From the NCBI RefSeq assembly GCF_963921235.1, contig NC_086121.1:20832001-20896000 (forward strand): a stretch of DNA of 64,000 nt. The letters run 5' to 3'. Each line of letters starts with the position of its first letter. Within the stretch, counting starts at the first letter, position 1. This stretch comes from Mobula hypostoma (lineage: Eukaryota). The notes below the pieces were generated by a model. The model saw nothing but the letters and a program-made list of their open reading frames with translations. It was not told the DNA's origin and ran no database searches. Shown here piece after piece: positions 14,281 to 27,679 of this stretch. The position numbers were made by a program, and so were the translations under genes.

Positions 14281-14455
14281 AGATTCTGAAATTCATCTAA
14301 AATCGTACTGCGGGGGAGGAGGCCTTTACCGATCTGAACCTTTTATGAACGGCTTCTTTTAGTCTCCCTCCGAAACATAGACGGTTAATTTATCAACTTC
14401 TTCCATTGTTTTAAAAGATCACAAAAACAGAGGGAAGCGTGATTTATTATTTAGT

Positions 14456-14583
14456 CCCGCAGTAGTGTCTCGGCCCGAAACGTCGACTGTACTCTTTCCC
14501 ATAGATGCTACCTGGCCTGCTGAGTTCCTCCGGCTTTTTGTGTGCGTTGCTTTGGGTTTCCGGCATCTGCAGATTTCCTCGTG
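14456..14583 (+). mobile_element. Short Penelope-derived insert with degenerate hammerhead
   Basis: TCTCGGCCC-GAAAC-GTC-GACTG; flanked by direct repeat TTTATTATTTAGT (14443-14455 and 14584-14596). Confidence 0.75.
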
Positions 14584-14999
14584 TTTATTATTTAGTGGTT
14601 GGCTTGGCTCTCCATTCTGCAAATCTTTGAATGGTGGAATGGCGGGGTACCGAGGTCTTCAATAGAACTGTCCAATCAGGGAGTTCCGTCACTGCCTCTT
14701 TCCCAGCTGCTCAGTGTTTTTCCTTCTTAAACATTTATTCAGTTCTTTTTTGAAGGTTCCAACTGAATTTCCTACTGTCACTTTTTCACTCCTGCATTCC
14801 AAATGTGTATTGCCACTGCAGTAAAAATTTTGCACCCCACACACACAGTGCTCAATTTCAACAGCCAATGAAGTGAAACTTCATTTGGGATATTTGAAGG
14901 GCGGGGGAGGCATGTATCCTCATAATATTTGCGAAGTAACTAAATTAGGATTAAAAATGCCTCATCGCAGAATGCTGGGAAATGAGATTACTCCAGACA

Positions 15000-15562
15000 C
15001 TGCAGGGACCGCTTCCTTGAGTGCCTCCGTTCCATCCGCCTGAAGCGGAACTTCCCAGTGGCCGAACATTTTTAATTCCGATTCCCACTCCCGTTCCGAC
15101 ATATCGATCCACGGTCTCCTCTCCCGCAAAGATGAGGCCCAACTCAGGGTGGAGGACCAACACCTTATATTCCAACTGGGTCGCCTCCAACCTATGGTGT
15201 TAATATATGGGTTTCTCCTTCCAGTTAAAAAATCCTTCCCCACCCCTCCTCTTCTATTTCCCACTGTGGCCTCTTACCTGTTCTCACTGGCCTAACACCT
15301 CCGCCTGGGCCCCCTCCTCCTTCCCTTTCTCCTATGGTCCACTCTCCTCTTCTATCAGATTCATTCTTCGCCCGCCGATCCTTTATTTCTCCTTCCCACC
15401 CGGCTTCACCTGCCACCTTCTAACTCTCCTCCTTCCCCTTCCCCTCGCCTTTTTATTTTGACGTCTTCCCACTTCCATTCCAGTCCTGAAGACGGGTCTC
15501 GGCGGAAACATCTCCATCGACGCTGCCTGACCTGCTGGGTTTCTCCAGCACTTTGCACGTGT
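15000..15562 (+). mobile_element. Penelope-like element 3' end (GIY-YIG C-terminus, pyrimidine-rich UTR, degenerate hammerhead)
   Basis: Frameshifted RDRFLECLRSIR..FPVAEHF/NSDSHSRSDISIHGL..LRVEDQHLIFQLGRLQP; CAGTC-CTGAAGA..GAAAC at 15481. Confidence 0.8.
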
Positions 15563-16329
15563 TAGTGTAGATAGATACTTGACAGCTAAGACAAACACTA
15601 AGGTCTGAAAGGGCCCGTTTTCATGTTGCTTGACTTTGTGAATAGGTGAAGTTTCTTTACACAGTTACTGGAGAAATAGCTGCTTCACCTCAAGAGGTAG
15701 GTTGTTCAGGGAAAAGTTAGACGACCTTAACTGTCAAGAAGATAATGAACCGTTTATCGCAGAAATACTGAATTGAAGAGAAGAGACGGGGATAGAGGGA
15801 AGCTGAAGGAAAGGCGTCTGTCGAATGGCTAAGCAACCCATTTGAGAGACGCAATGCCCAAATAGCATATACACAGAAATTCCCAGATTCAATGAAGTTG
15901 CCTTGAGGAGGTGACGAAAGCAGGGCGTACAATTGCAATGTTTTACATTATCACCTGCCTGGATCATTTTTTAAGTATTCCCTCCTCGAAATTACAAAGT
16001 TGAAAATGGATCTGACATGTGCTTACAATCCTTTGAGACTACTCCACCATTCAGCAAGGTTATGGATGATATTCTACCTCACCCAATCGTCCCATTACCA
16101 TTCTAAAACCTTTTATTCCTGTAGGACCTATTCATGCATTTTTATAACTGATCCATATTCCTCTCATGTAATTTCAAAGACTCCTTTTCAATTCAATAAA
16201 GTCAAAGAAAGATGCAGCAGAATAGCAGGCCCTTCGGCCAGCGGGTCAGCAGCCACACATTTGCACGAATCATTTGTTAATCATATGGTAATTCCTTTTA
16301 TATTCTCCCCACGTTCTCATCAACTTTCC

Positions 16330-16470
16330 CAGGATCCTGCCGCTCACTTACACACTAGGGACAATCCACAGTGGTTTATATACCAATTTACCGATGTTTA
16401 TGGGAGGAAACCAGAGAACCCGGAGCAAACCCACGCTGTCACAGGGAGAATGTGCAAACTCGGAATGTGT
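16330..16470 (-). mobile_element. V-SINE-like fragment
   Basis: gggaggaaaccagagaacccggagcaaacccacgctgtcacagggagaatgtgcaaactc, the reverse complement of the V-SINE core as I recall it. Confidence 0.55.
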
Positions 16471-16899
16471 GAACCTGGGTTTCTGTTCCAGTGAGGCAAA
16501 GGCTTCATAAACCACACCTCTGTCACTTAAAGCCTTTATCTCGAACCATTGATTTTTGACTTGCAAATTAGCAGAACTATCCCATTTACTTCATCAAGTC
16601 CCCTAGGAGCTTTACATTGTTACTAAACTTATCTTTCGCCCTTCTACTCTAAATTATATTGCAACCTTATCATAATTAATCACAAGACACTGAAGATAAA
16701 CCGAGATCAAACTGTTGGATGCCTTCTCTGTCTTTAGCTACAAATAAAGACATAAGTATTTGTAGCGTATCTCCACTTCCATTTATTTATCAACCTAACC
16801 TCAGCTGTAAAGACCCGCATTTACCTTCTCTGAATTTTTAATGCAAAATTAATTTTCACCATCTATTTAGGGACCTTGCTCGTTTTCTGTCATATTCGT

Positions 16900-17350
16900 C
16901 TCCTTTTTACCGGTGTCGGGCTTGACACGGTGCCTGCTTCAAAGGGCTCCGAACTTGTGGCTGAGCTCTGGTTGGCCGCCTCTCTGTGACGGAGGCTCAG
17001 GGACGGGGCCATCTGATCGGAGGGGCACGCAAGCTGGTGACGTCACGACGCACGGTGTCAACCGAAGTGGCCGCAGGGCCGCTAGCCGAAGGTCGGTTTG
17101 GAGAGAGGGCGGTTGATGGTCGTCGTCGTCTCGGTGTGGGAGGGGGGCTCGGGGCGGTCGTGCTCGGCGGGGTTGGCGGCTCGCGGCCTAGCCCGGTCGT
17201 GCTCGGGTGCTCCCTCAGGTCGCGGCCTAGGCCACTGACAGGCGGGACCGGGGGGTGAAGGGGAGCTGGGAGCTGCAGGGCTGCGGATGGAGTCAACACT
17301 GGGGCTGTCGACTGTGAGCGGACACTTGGTGCTCGGAATGAGAGGGGGAA
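16900..17350 (+). promoter_or_regulatory. CpG-rich MAD2L2 promoter with CRE/ATF site; probable non-coding first exon
   Basis: CpG-dense segment ~1 kb before the ATG; palindrome GTGACGTCAC at 17037-17046; candidate donor AAG|gtcggt after 17091. Confidence 0.65.
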
Positions 17351-18040
17351 GGTGAAGAGCGAGCTCACTCCTTATCCAGTTCAGTGACCTGACTGCGATC
17401 TCCCTCCACCACGCCTAAACACATCAGGAGATAATTCCTTTGTTACTGAAGCTGCACATCACTGATCCTAACCGCATTGACACCACCGGACACTCTATGA
17501 TCACACCATCAGGAATGGAATTCAAATAGCTTCTTCCGATGTCTCTTGAATGAAAATGTTTGCCAATATTCCAGAAGCGAATATGATGTAATTTGCAATT
17601 AGTTTTCTCTCTTTTTCCTTTCTATAAATATTCATAACTGCTCCTTTAAAGTGCCTTGAGGATTTTCTACAGTGTAAATACATGCACATTTTGTTCCATA
17701 TCTACTTCAGACTTTATTTCATATAATTCTTTATTTTGTAGAATTGTTGAATTTTTTTGTAACACCAACACACCACAGCAACTTTCTGATCCGTGTAAAT
17801 GTATATGATAAATAAAGTTCGTCTTACATAGTCCAAACTATACTTCTGTTAGAAATGGGACACATAATTATTTATTTACTTTTTATTTATTTGTTTATTT
17901 TCTTTCTATATTATGTATTGCATTGAACTGCTGCTGCTAGGTTAACAAATTTCATGATAATAAACCTGATTCTGATTCTACTGGTTTTATTAAATCATGC
18001 TGTTCTGACCAATTGTAATATTCTCTAGGTATTTGTGAAG

Positions 18041-18080
18041 ATGGCCACTCTCACACGACAAGATCTCAATTTTGGACAAG
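18041..18080 (+). CDS. MAD2L2: MAD2L2/REV7 coding exon 1
   Basis: MATLTRQDLNFGQ; acceptor at 18027-18028; donor gtgcag. Confidence 0.95.
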
Positions 18081-18430
18081 GTGCAGTTTAAAATATTTTA
18101 ACCAAAGCAACTCGTACCGCTTTGCGTGAATCTTAGATGATAAACATTTTTTTTCTGATCATTTGTTTGTATTTAATTCTATCCCTGCAAACAGGTAGTT
18201 TGCTGGGGAGATTGTTGGACAGTCATTGATCCTGATGACAATGCATGAATTTTCAGATTGTGATAAGGAGCAGAAATCGCTCCCAGCCCCAGGTGGTTAA
18301 ATCCTTTAGTAGGATGTATTCTAAATTTTGTATGTTCCTGTTTCCATTGCCTGGCTTTCCAGGCTGCACACTATAAACTGCACTGGCACAATCTTACACC
18401 CAGTGAACTGCGGATCTTTTCTTTCTCCAG

Positions 18431-18549
18431 TGGTTGCAGACGTACTCTGTGAATTTCTGGAAGTGGCTATTCATTTGATTTTGTACGTCAGGGAGGTGTA
18501 TCCAATTGGTATCTTTCAGAAGAGGAAGAAGTACAATGTACCTGTACAG
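18431..18549 (+). CDS. MAD2L2: MAD2L2 coding exon 2
   Basis: [39 protein letters not shown]; ag/gt boundaries. Confidence 0.97.
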
Positions 18550-19080
18550 GTGAGTAAGCAGAAACATTGCGAAGTGGATATCCTCGTGTTTGCGAAGTGC
18601 ATATTGTTCTGAGGTAGAGATTTGAAGTTTAGGCTACTTTGGAAACTGAACACAATTACTATGCTTTATAAAGCTGCAAATGTGTGGGAGCATCACTGCT
18701 TTCAGATCCCTCTTCGAATCATACACCAACCTGACTTGGAATCTTAGTGCTTCTGTTTTATTTAACCTCCGGATATAAATCCTGGAATTCTTTCCCAAAA
18801 CATGACAGTGGGGGTAAATTCAGGAGAATCACAGTGGCAATTCAAGAAAGTGGCTCCCAACATGTAAAGCCAGTTGGGAAAAAGATAATATATGTTGTCT
18901 TTGCCAGTTACACCAAATCCTGCTTAATAAAAATAGCAAATATTAAAACAAAAAATTCTAACTCTAGAGTTTAAGTTTTGTGTGAGCTACTCTTTTGGGG
19001 TTTTGTGCTTTTGAAGACTAGTAATGGCAATAAAGCTGAATGAAGCTTTATTTACCCTTTGAATGCTGTGCTTATTGTAG

Positions 19081-19152
19081 ATGTCGTGTCACCCAGAGCT
19101 TAACCAATACATTCAGGATACTCTGCACTGTATCAAGCCTTTGATTGAGAAG
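19081..19152 (+). CDS. MAD2L2: MAD2L2 coding exon 3
   Basis: [24 protein letters not shown]. Confidence 0.97.
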
Positions 19153-19764
19153 GTGAGAAAAATACTACTTGTTTGCATTTGTCAGAATGTGGAACTGCTT
19201 GTATAAGCACTACCAGTTACTTTCTACTTTACATTATTACTACTAACGTGACTCTCAGAGGCCTGTTATTTTTGTCTCAGTGTATTTAAGATTCTACAGA
19301 AACTAACACTGTGACTAAATGAGTGGAGACTAGGTGTTCTTTATTTACTGAGTGGCTCAGTCTCCTCACTTACACAAGAAATAGAAAATAATCATTTGGA
19401 AGGATGTTGTTGCAACAACATTGTAACGTGATGGATAACTGTAGCCCACTTAGTGAAGGGTTCTTCTATTACATTTCATCTGCCTGATTTTGATCTGTGA
19501 GCACTAATAACTTCACATATAGAATAGTACAGCACAGTAAAGGTCCTCTGGCCCACAATGTTGTGCTAACTTTTTTAAAAATCCATCTATCCATTCATCC
19601 AACCAACCATTTACTGTCTCTGAAATGCTCACCCACCAGGAGATCTATCACCTGACCAGGTTCTTTGCCTAGTCCTTGACCCAGTATGATCTCTGCTCTA
19701 GGTGGCCTGTCTGCGTATTATGCACTATGGCAAATCTAATTGATTTTACCTAAACCAGAAAAAG

Positions 19765-22700
19765 ACCATAAGATATAGGAGCAGAATTAGGGCATTTGGC
19801 CCATCGAGTCTGTTCTGCCATTTCATCATGGCTGATCCAGTTTTCCTCTCAGCCCCAGTCTCCAGCCTTCTCCCCATATCCCTTCATGCCCTGAACAATC
19901 AAGAATTTATCAACCTCTGCCTCAAAAATACACAGAGACTCGGCCTCCACAACTGCCTATGGCAAAGAATTCCGCAGATTCACCACTCTCTGGCTAAAGA
20001 AATTCTTACTCATCTCCGCTCTAAAAGGACTTCCCTCTATTTTGAGGCTGTGTGCTCTGGTCTTAGACTCTCCCACCATAGGAAACATCCCCTCCACATT
20101 CACTCTAACAAGGCCTTTCATCATTTGATAGGTTTTGCTGAGGACACTCCTCATTCTTCTGAATTCTCGTGAATACTGGCCCAAAGCCATCAAACGCTCT
20201 TCATATGTCAAGCTATTCGATCCTGGAATCTTTTTCTGAGCCTCTTTTGAACCCTTTTTCAGTACATCCTTTCTCAGATGAGGGGCCCAAAACTGCATAT
20301 AATACTCCAAGTGACGCCTCACCAGTGCTTTATAAAGTCTCAACATTACATCCTTGCTTTTATATTCCAGTCCTCTTGAAATCAGAATCAGAGTCCTTTA
20401 TTATCGCCAAGTATGTGGACACATACAGGGAATTTGAAGCAGGGAAAATGAATGCTAACATCCCACCCCGGACTCAACCTGAAAATTAACCTTTAGGGAA
20501 TCCTACAGAAGAACTCCCAAATACCTTTGTGCCTCAGTTTTTTGTATTTTCTCTCCATCCTCTCATTTCTTCTACATGTCCTGACACCATATTCCATCTG
20601 CCATTTCTTTGCCCATCTCCTAATATGTCTAAGTTCTTCTGTAGCCTCTCTACTTCCTCAAAACTACCTGCCCCTCCACCTACCTTCATATCGTCTGCAA
20701 ACTTTGCAACAAAGCCATCAATCCCATCATCCAAATCAATGACATATAACATAAAAAGAATTGATCCCAATATAGACCCTGCGGAACACCACTAGTCACC
20801 AGTAGCCAACCAGAAAAGGCTCCCTTTATTCCCACTCTTTGCCTCTTGCCAATCGGCCAATGTTTTACCCATGCTAGAATATTTCCTGTAATATCATGGG
20901 CTTGGAGATTGTTAATCAGCCTTCCGTGTGGCACCTTGATAAAGCCCTTCTGGTCCAGGTGACCTATCTACCTTCAGACCTTTCAGTTTCCCAAGAACCT
21001 TCTGACTAGTTACGGTAACTTCACACACTTCATGACCCCTGACACCTGGAACTTCCACCATACTACTAGTGTCTTGCACAGTGAAGACTGATGCAAAATA
21101 TTTATTCAGTTTGTTTGCCATTTTCTTGTCCTCTATTACTACCACTCCAGCGCTGATTCCCAGTGGTCGGATATTTACTCTTGCCTCTCTTTTATACTTC
21201 ATGTATCTGAAGAAACTTTTGGTTTCCTCTTTAATAGCGTTGGCTAGGTTACTTTTACTTTTACGTTCTTAATGACATTTTTAGTTGCCTTCTGTTGATT
21301 TTTAAATGTTTCCCAACCCTCCCACTATTTTTAGCTCTATTATATGAGCTCTCTTTGGCTTTTATATTGGCTTTGACTTCTGTTGTTAGCCATGGTTGTG
21401 ACATCTTTCCTTTAGAATACTTCTTCCTCTTTGGGATGTATACAGTATATACTGTGCCTTCTGAGTTGCTTTCAGAAATTCCTGCCATTGCTGCTCTGTC
21501 ATCATCCCTGCCAGTGTTCTTTTCCAATCAGTTCTGACCAACTCCTCTCTCATGCCTCTGTAATTCCCTTTACTCCATTGTAATACTGACACATCTGACT
21601 TTAGCTTCTCATTCTCAGATTTCAGGGTGAATTCGATTATATGATCACTTACCCCTAAGTGTTCTTTTACCTTAAGCTCTCTAATCAATTCTGGTTCATT
21701 GTACATCACCCTATCCAGAATAGCTGATCCCCTAGTGGGCTCAACCATGAGCTGCTCTAAAAAGCCATATTGTAGGCACTCTAGAAGTTCACCCTCCTGG
21801 AATCCAGCACCAACCTAATTTTCCCAATCTACCTGCATATTGAAATCCCCCATGACTATTGTAACATTGCCCTTTTGCTGTGCATTTTCTATCTCCCATT
21901 GTAATTTATAGGCCACATCCTTACTACTGTTTGGGAGTCTGTATACAACTCCCATCAGGGTCTTTTTACCCTTGCAGTTCCTTAGCTCTATCCACTATGA
22001 TTCAACACCTTCCAACCCTATGTCACCTCTTTCTAATGATTTCACTTTTTACCAACAGGGCAATGCCATACCCTCTGTCTTCCTGCCTGTCCTTTCAATA
22101 CAACGTGTATTCTTGGATATTAAGCTCCCAGCTACAATGTTCTTTCAGCCATGATTCATTGATATCTACAACATTATACCTGCCAATCTGCAACTGTGCT
22201 GCAAGTTCATCTGCCTTATTACATATACTGCGAGCATTCATATATAACACGTTCTTTCCTGTATTCATTCTTTTTGATTTTGTCTGCCGTTTACGTGGCA
22301 ACTCATCCTGTTGACTGCAATTTCGCCCTATCAACAGCCTCTCCTCACTACACATTGCCTCTGTTTGTAAACCAGCTACCTCATCTTCAGCACCATTATC
22401 CACTTTTTCTATGATACTACTTGTATTGAAATATATGCAGCTCAGGACACTAGTCGCACCATGTTTAACCTTTTGAATCCTAACTTTGTCTGAGGTTTTA
22501 TCAACATCTGCCTCCACAACCTCTCCACTAACTGTTCTGACACTCTGGTTCCCATTCCACTGCAGCTCTAGTTTAAACCCCACAACGCAGCATTAACAAA
22601 CCTTCCTGCTAAGATATTAGTCCCCCTCCGGTTCAGGTGCAAACTGTTCTTTCTGTACAGGTCCCACCTTCCCTGGAAGAGAGCCCAACATTCCAAAACC

Positions 22701-23090
22701 TTTTATGCCCTCCCTCCTACACCAACTCCTTTGCCACATATTAAACTGTATAATCTTCCTAGTTCTGGCCTCACTAGCACGTGGCACGGGTAGCAATCCT
22801 GAAATCACAATCCTGGAGGTCCTGCCCTTTAACTTAGCACCTAACTCCCAGAATTCCCTATGCAGAACCTTGTCACTGGTACTACCCATGTCACTAGTAC
22901 CTATATGGACCACGACTTCTGGTTGTTCACCCTCCCACTTAAGAATGCTGAGGACTTGATCTGAGATATCCCAGACCCTGGCACCCAGAAGGCAACATAC
23001 CATTCGCGAATCTCGTTCTCACCCACAGAATCTCCTGTCCACTCCCCTAACTAACGAATCCCCTTTCATGACAGTGTGCCTCTTCCCCCC
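19765..23090 (-). mobile_element. CR1 LINE, degenerate, ORF1 to 3' end with internal deletions
   Basis: SGNH-esterase ORF1 (VVVHIGTSD, ISGLLPVP), APE (LYMNARSI, PTRGSAILD), RT (VAKFADD) and C-terminal LYKALVR..FFSQRVVN. Confidence 0.9.
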
Positions 23091-23456
23091 GAAGAAAAAC
23101 TAATGTTTTGGAACGCCAGCTATCTCCAAGCACATCGTCTGAAATTTGGACATCCAATGCTCCTTTCTCATTCAAGTCCTAAGAGTTTTTTTCCTACTGC
23201 CATTTGGAAATAACTTTGTACGGAGAGCAAAATTTCTAGGAGATTCACCACTTGACATTTTACTTAGGGATAAGTAATTGGTGTAACTTGGCTAGCTCAG
23301 AACAATTATGTAAAAGGTCAATGCAAGTCGTTTTTTTTTTCTGTTACCTATTCTGTTAACAGTACACCAGTGTATTTGCAGAAACTGTAATTTGAAAGAA
23401 CTTATCACTCCTCTCCCCAATATTTTTTGATTTTTGTTTTAAATATTTGGATGATT

Positions 23457-23617
23457 TTAAACGCAAACAACAGGAATTCTGCAGATGCTGGAAATTCAAG
23501 CAACACACATAAAAGTTGCTGGTCCTGACGAAGGGTCTCGGCCTGAAACGTCGACTGCACCTCTTCCTAGAGATGCTGCCTGGCCTGCTGCATTCACCAG
23601 CAACTTTTATGTGTGTT
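23457..23617 (+). mobile_element. Penelope-derived insert with 5' inversion and hammerhead core
   Basis: TSD ATTTGGATGATT (23445-23456 and 23618-23629); 22-bp inverted repeat (23502-23523 and 23596-23617). Confidence 0.85.
23519..23557 (+). ncRNA. Minimal type-I hammerhead ribozyme motif
   Basis: TGGTC-CTGACGA-A-GGGT(CTCG)GCCT-GAAAC-GTC-GACTG; predicted cleavage after 23552. Confidence 0.65.
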
Positions 23618-23688
23618 ATTTGGATGATTGCTTGGTTGAGATAAGCATTTTATGTGTTGTGACCTGCTCCATTTTGTTCTGTCTTTAG

Positions 23689-23789
23689 AATGAGGTGGAT
23701 CGGGTGGTGGTGGTGATCCTGGATAAAGAGCATCATCCTGTGGAGCGCTTTGTCTTTGAGATATCTCAACCTCCTCTGCTGTCTGTCAG
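23689..23789 (+). CDS. MAD2L2: MAD2L2 coding exon 4
   Basis: [33 protein letters not shown]. Confidence 0.97.
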
Positions 23790-26004
23790 GTGAAACATTT
23801 TCAGTATTCTGTATTCCTGTACTACTACTGCATGTGACTAAACTATTAATCTTAATCTGAAGCTCGTTACACTTAATGAAGACAATTCTCCCCATATTCT
23901 GAATCTGTCTACATTACAAATAGAATATCCTGTGTAATTATTTGGTTAGAACATAATTAGATTTCTACACATCGTAACCTTAACATGCTTTCTGCACAAC
24001 CCAATCAAGAAAAAGATAAAACAATTAAATGAGAGTGAATTGGTGCAATTTCTCAGTGGTGAAACCAGAATATATTTTGATTGGCGATGTTTCGAAAGTC
24101 TTCTGGTACTGCTGCTTGTATTACAAGATCTGTGAAGAGTGGTGCAATGGATTTATTTCTATGTCTATGTTAGAATTGTTCTAGATTTTTCCCTGGCAAA
24201 ATTTGATTTCTAAGGTACCTTTACTTCAATGTAAAATAATAGTTTCCCGTAAGAATATCTTGTGATTCTTGGGCAACATGTCTAAAGTAGCTTAATTTGG
24301 GTCAGAAGGTGTATTGTGTGGAAGAAATGGAATGGTGTGCTGTTTCTTCATGCTACTTGAGGTTTGTAAACTAGTGAGCTGTTGTGCCGAGGGCTGATGT
24401 ACTTTAGCGCACTAGTTTCTGCTAGTGCGCTCTGACGGTGGACTGACAGTCACAGAAGTCTGCAGTGCAACAGGTGGCGATTTTGAACACTGCTTCTGCC
24501 AGCTCTTCGAAACGGCTGCTTAGTTGGTCCCTCGCCCTTGCTTTCCTCCGCACACCCCTCATAACCTTGTAAACTCATCCTCTATGAATACATCCAGAGT
24601 GGCTAAGGGACCTGACTTCCACTTTTCCACAGGTCTTGGCTACCTTCTGTGCAGAAATTTCTCCATGTTCCTTCTTATTATTTTGTCAGTCTATAAACTC
24701 TTGTGATTGCTTTATACAGCTGCAACCACATGAACCTTTCATGTATTCTGTCTGAGGAAAACTCTTTTTTTCCATTAGTATGCGGGCAAAATTGCACCTG
24801 TGAGTTGTTGCATTGGGAACAAGTGCACTAGTGAACTGTGGGACTGACTATCAACTACTGTGGGTTTATTGTCTGACTTTCCTTATTTTGTAGCTTAAAT
24901 AACCATTGAATAAAATGGATCTGAATTTCTGAAGTGAGAAATAGAAGTAACTGGAAACTGAATTGGTGCAAATGACCAATAGAAGTAAGAACAAGTACTG
25001 ACACAGATGTTTGCCCCAAAACATTGTCAGTTTATTCCCCCCACCCCACACCTCTGCCAACCACCAGATGCTGCTCAGCTGGCTGCATTCCTCCAGCAGA
25101 CTGTTTATTGCTCCAGATTCCAGCATCGATAGTCTCTTGTGTCTCTATGAATAAGAAAAGGCCATTCAGCTCCTTGGATGTACTCCACCATTCAGTAGAA
25201 TCATGGCTGATTGATTACTAAGATGTAATAGCACGTTTGGAAAATCAACCAGATGAAGCAAGGACAGCATTGCTTCATGAAGGAGCTATTGTGTCTGACA
25301 TATTAAAGTTCTTTAGAAGAAGTCTCAACCAAAGTTAGAGGGGAAGCAATACATGTACCTGGAAGTCCAGAGGACATTTGACAAGATGCTTGGTGAAATA
25401 TTTATGTCACAACTTGAGAACCCATGGTGTTGGAGGTAATATTGGCATGGATAAAGGATTAGGTAACAGCTAGGAGCTAGCAAGTAGAGATGGGGGAGTT
25501 ATTGAAGGTGGCAAACGTATGAAGTTTATAGGTAGGCTGGGAGAGTAAGGAAAAAAGGTTGGCAAATGGAACATAATGTGGGAAAATGTGAACATTGGTT
25601 CTGGAAGGAAGAGCAAAAGATTTCTAAGAGAGAAAAAAAGTTGCCCAAATCCGCAGCATGAAGTACCGAAAGCTGGCACACGAATGCAGCAGGTATTAAG
25701 GAAAACTGGTGGAATATAGTCTGGGGATGTTTCCTGTCATGGAAGAGACTGAAGCCAGAGGGCATGATCTCAGAAAAGGAGTGGAGGGTGAGAGATAACT
25801 GGTAAACTCTTCCAGTACACTCAATATAAGTTTCTTAACTCATGAGTCTATGCAAGTCCTTGGTTCAGGGGACTTACTTAGGGAAGAATAATAAATGCAG
25901 TTATTAACAGTGCTGTTAGAATTCCTTGAATGGATATATATATATATATATATATAAAAGGCTTGAAAATGCAATCAAGTTTCACAACTGAGAAGCGACA
26001 AAAT

Positions 26005-26600
26005 GCTCAAAGTTCAAAGCAAATTTATTATCAAGGTTTGTTCATGTTGCTATGTATTAATCTGAGATCCATTTTCTTTTGGGCATTCACATTACCTTCA
26101 AAGAAACAATAGAATCATTGAAGACAATCTGCGAAGAAAGATGGGCAAACAACCAATGTGTAAAAAAACAACAGACTGCAAATACAAAAAGAAAAGCAAA
26201 TAATAAAAATAAATAAGTGATACATATTTTTTAGAACATGATTTGCACAGTCCTTGAAAATGAGTCCATAGGTTGTGGAATTAGTGCTGAGGTGATTGGA
26301 GTTAACTATTCTGGTTCAGGAGCCTGATGGTTGAAGGGCAGTAACTGTTCCTGACCTGGTGTTGTGGGACTCGAGGCTCTTGAAACTCCTTCCTTTTGGC
26401 AGCAGCAAGAAGAGAGCATGTCCTGGATGATGGGGATCTGTGATAATGGATGGTGCTTTCTTGTGGCAGTGCTCCTTGTAGATGTGTTCAGTGGTGGGGA
26501 GGGCTTTTCCTGTGATGAACTGGGCTGTATCCACCACTTCTGTAGGCCCTTCCATTCATAGGCTTTGGTGTTTCCATACCAGGCTGAGCATAACTCCTGT
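26005..26600 (-). mobile_element. Rex1/Babar LINE 3' fragment
   Basis: VVDTAQFITGKALPTTEHIY..DPHHPGHALFLLLP. Confidence 0.8.
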
Positions 26601-26973
26601 GTGGCTAGATAACTCAGTATTTCATTTTTCATTGCCTTTAATGGGCCATGTGTTACTGGTTGTGGCTGATTGTTTTGCTCATGGATAAGCACATGACCAC
26701 ATTTCTAGGATGGGCTAAGAGATTTAGGAGAAGGTATAGGAGAAGAATTAGTCCATTTGGCCCATCAAGTCTGTTCTACATTACGGTTGATCAATTTCCC
26801 TCACAGCCCCCATCCGCTACTTTCTCCCTATATCCATTCATGCCCTGATAAATCAAGAATCTAAAGCCTGTGCCATTAGAGGAAGTGGTTAAAAGGGAAA
26901 ATACAGAATTTGAAGGACACTTACGTTGCACAATTGGATTTTTCCATGACTTGATCTTTTTTCTGTTTTGTAG

Positions 26974-27068
26974 CTCTGACTCATTGCTGTCCCGTGTTGA
27001 GCAGCTCCTTCGAGCTTCAATTCTGAAGATCAGTGTCTGTGATGCAATTCTGGATACTAACCCTCCAG
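26974..27068 (+). CDS. MAD2L2: MAD2L2 coding exon 5
   Basis: [31 protein letters not shown]. Confidence 0.97.
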
Positions 27069-27679
27069 GTAGACATTTTATTGTAGTGCTTTTGTTGTAC
27101 ATTCACTGTTATAGCAAGTTAAGATGACAGAGAATCTGACTGGATTGAGTCTAATGTTGGGAGTGAGATCATTTCTTCTCTAATAGGGAATTTATTTTTT
27201 CCCTTTCTCTCCTGAAGGCATTTAATTTTCTTGGGTTTGGTTTCCTGGGCTTCCATTACTTTCCAGAATCTGTAATTAGAATTGAAACCAAGAGATATGT
27301 GTGTGTTAGCTAAACTGTTTGGCTAGTTATTTTCTTGATATAGATTCCCTGAAGTTCCTTCTGACTACGGCACCTAGAGGCCTGCTAATGGTCAAGAAAT
27401 AACAAAATGATAAACGATAGACCTGTTAGCCCGATAGCACTTGCTGTGAAAATACTGAAATTAGGAAATTGGTTACAGATAATTGGAAATTTGTAGACAG
27501 GGATGACATGCTTTTGTTAAGAGTATCTATTTAACAAATCTAATTTGAGACCGTTGTGTCTAGATAACAGTATTTGATTTCCTTGTATTTAATGGGCCAT
27601 GGCTGTGGCTAATTGTTTTGCTCATGGATAAGTGCATCTTTGACCTCATTTCTCGGATGGGCTAAGTGACTTAGACTCA

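Noticed and set aside
14451-15515. Active hammerheads at 14451 and 15481
   Set aside because: The first has lost CUGANGA; the second has lost the GUC and the 3' strand of stem I.
16913-17368. Pro/Gly/Arg-rich ORFs
   Set aside because: Expected by chance in a GC-rich promoter; no recognisable domain.
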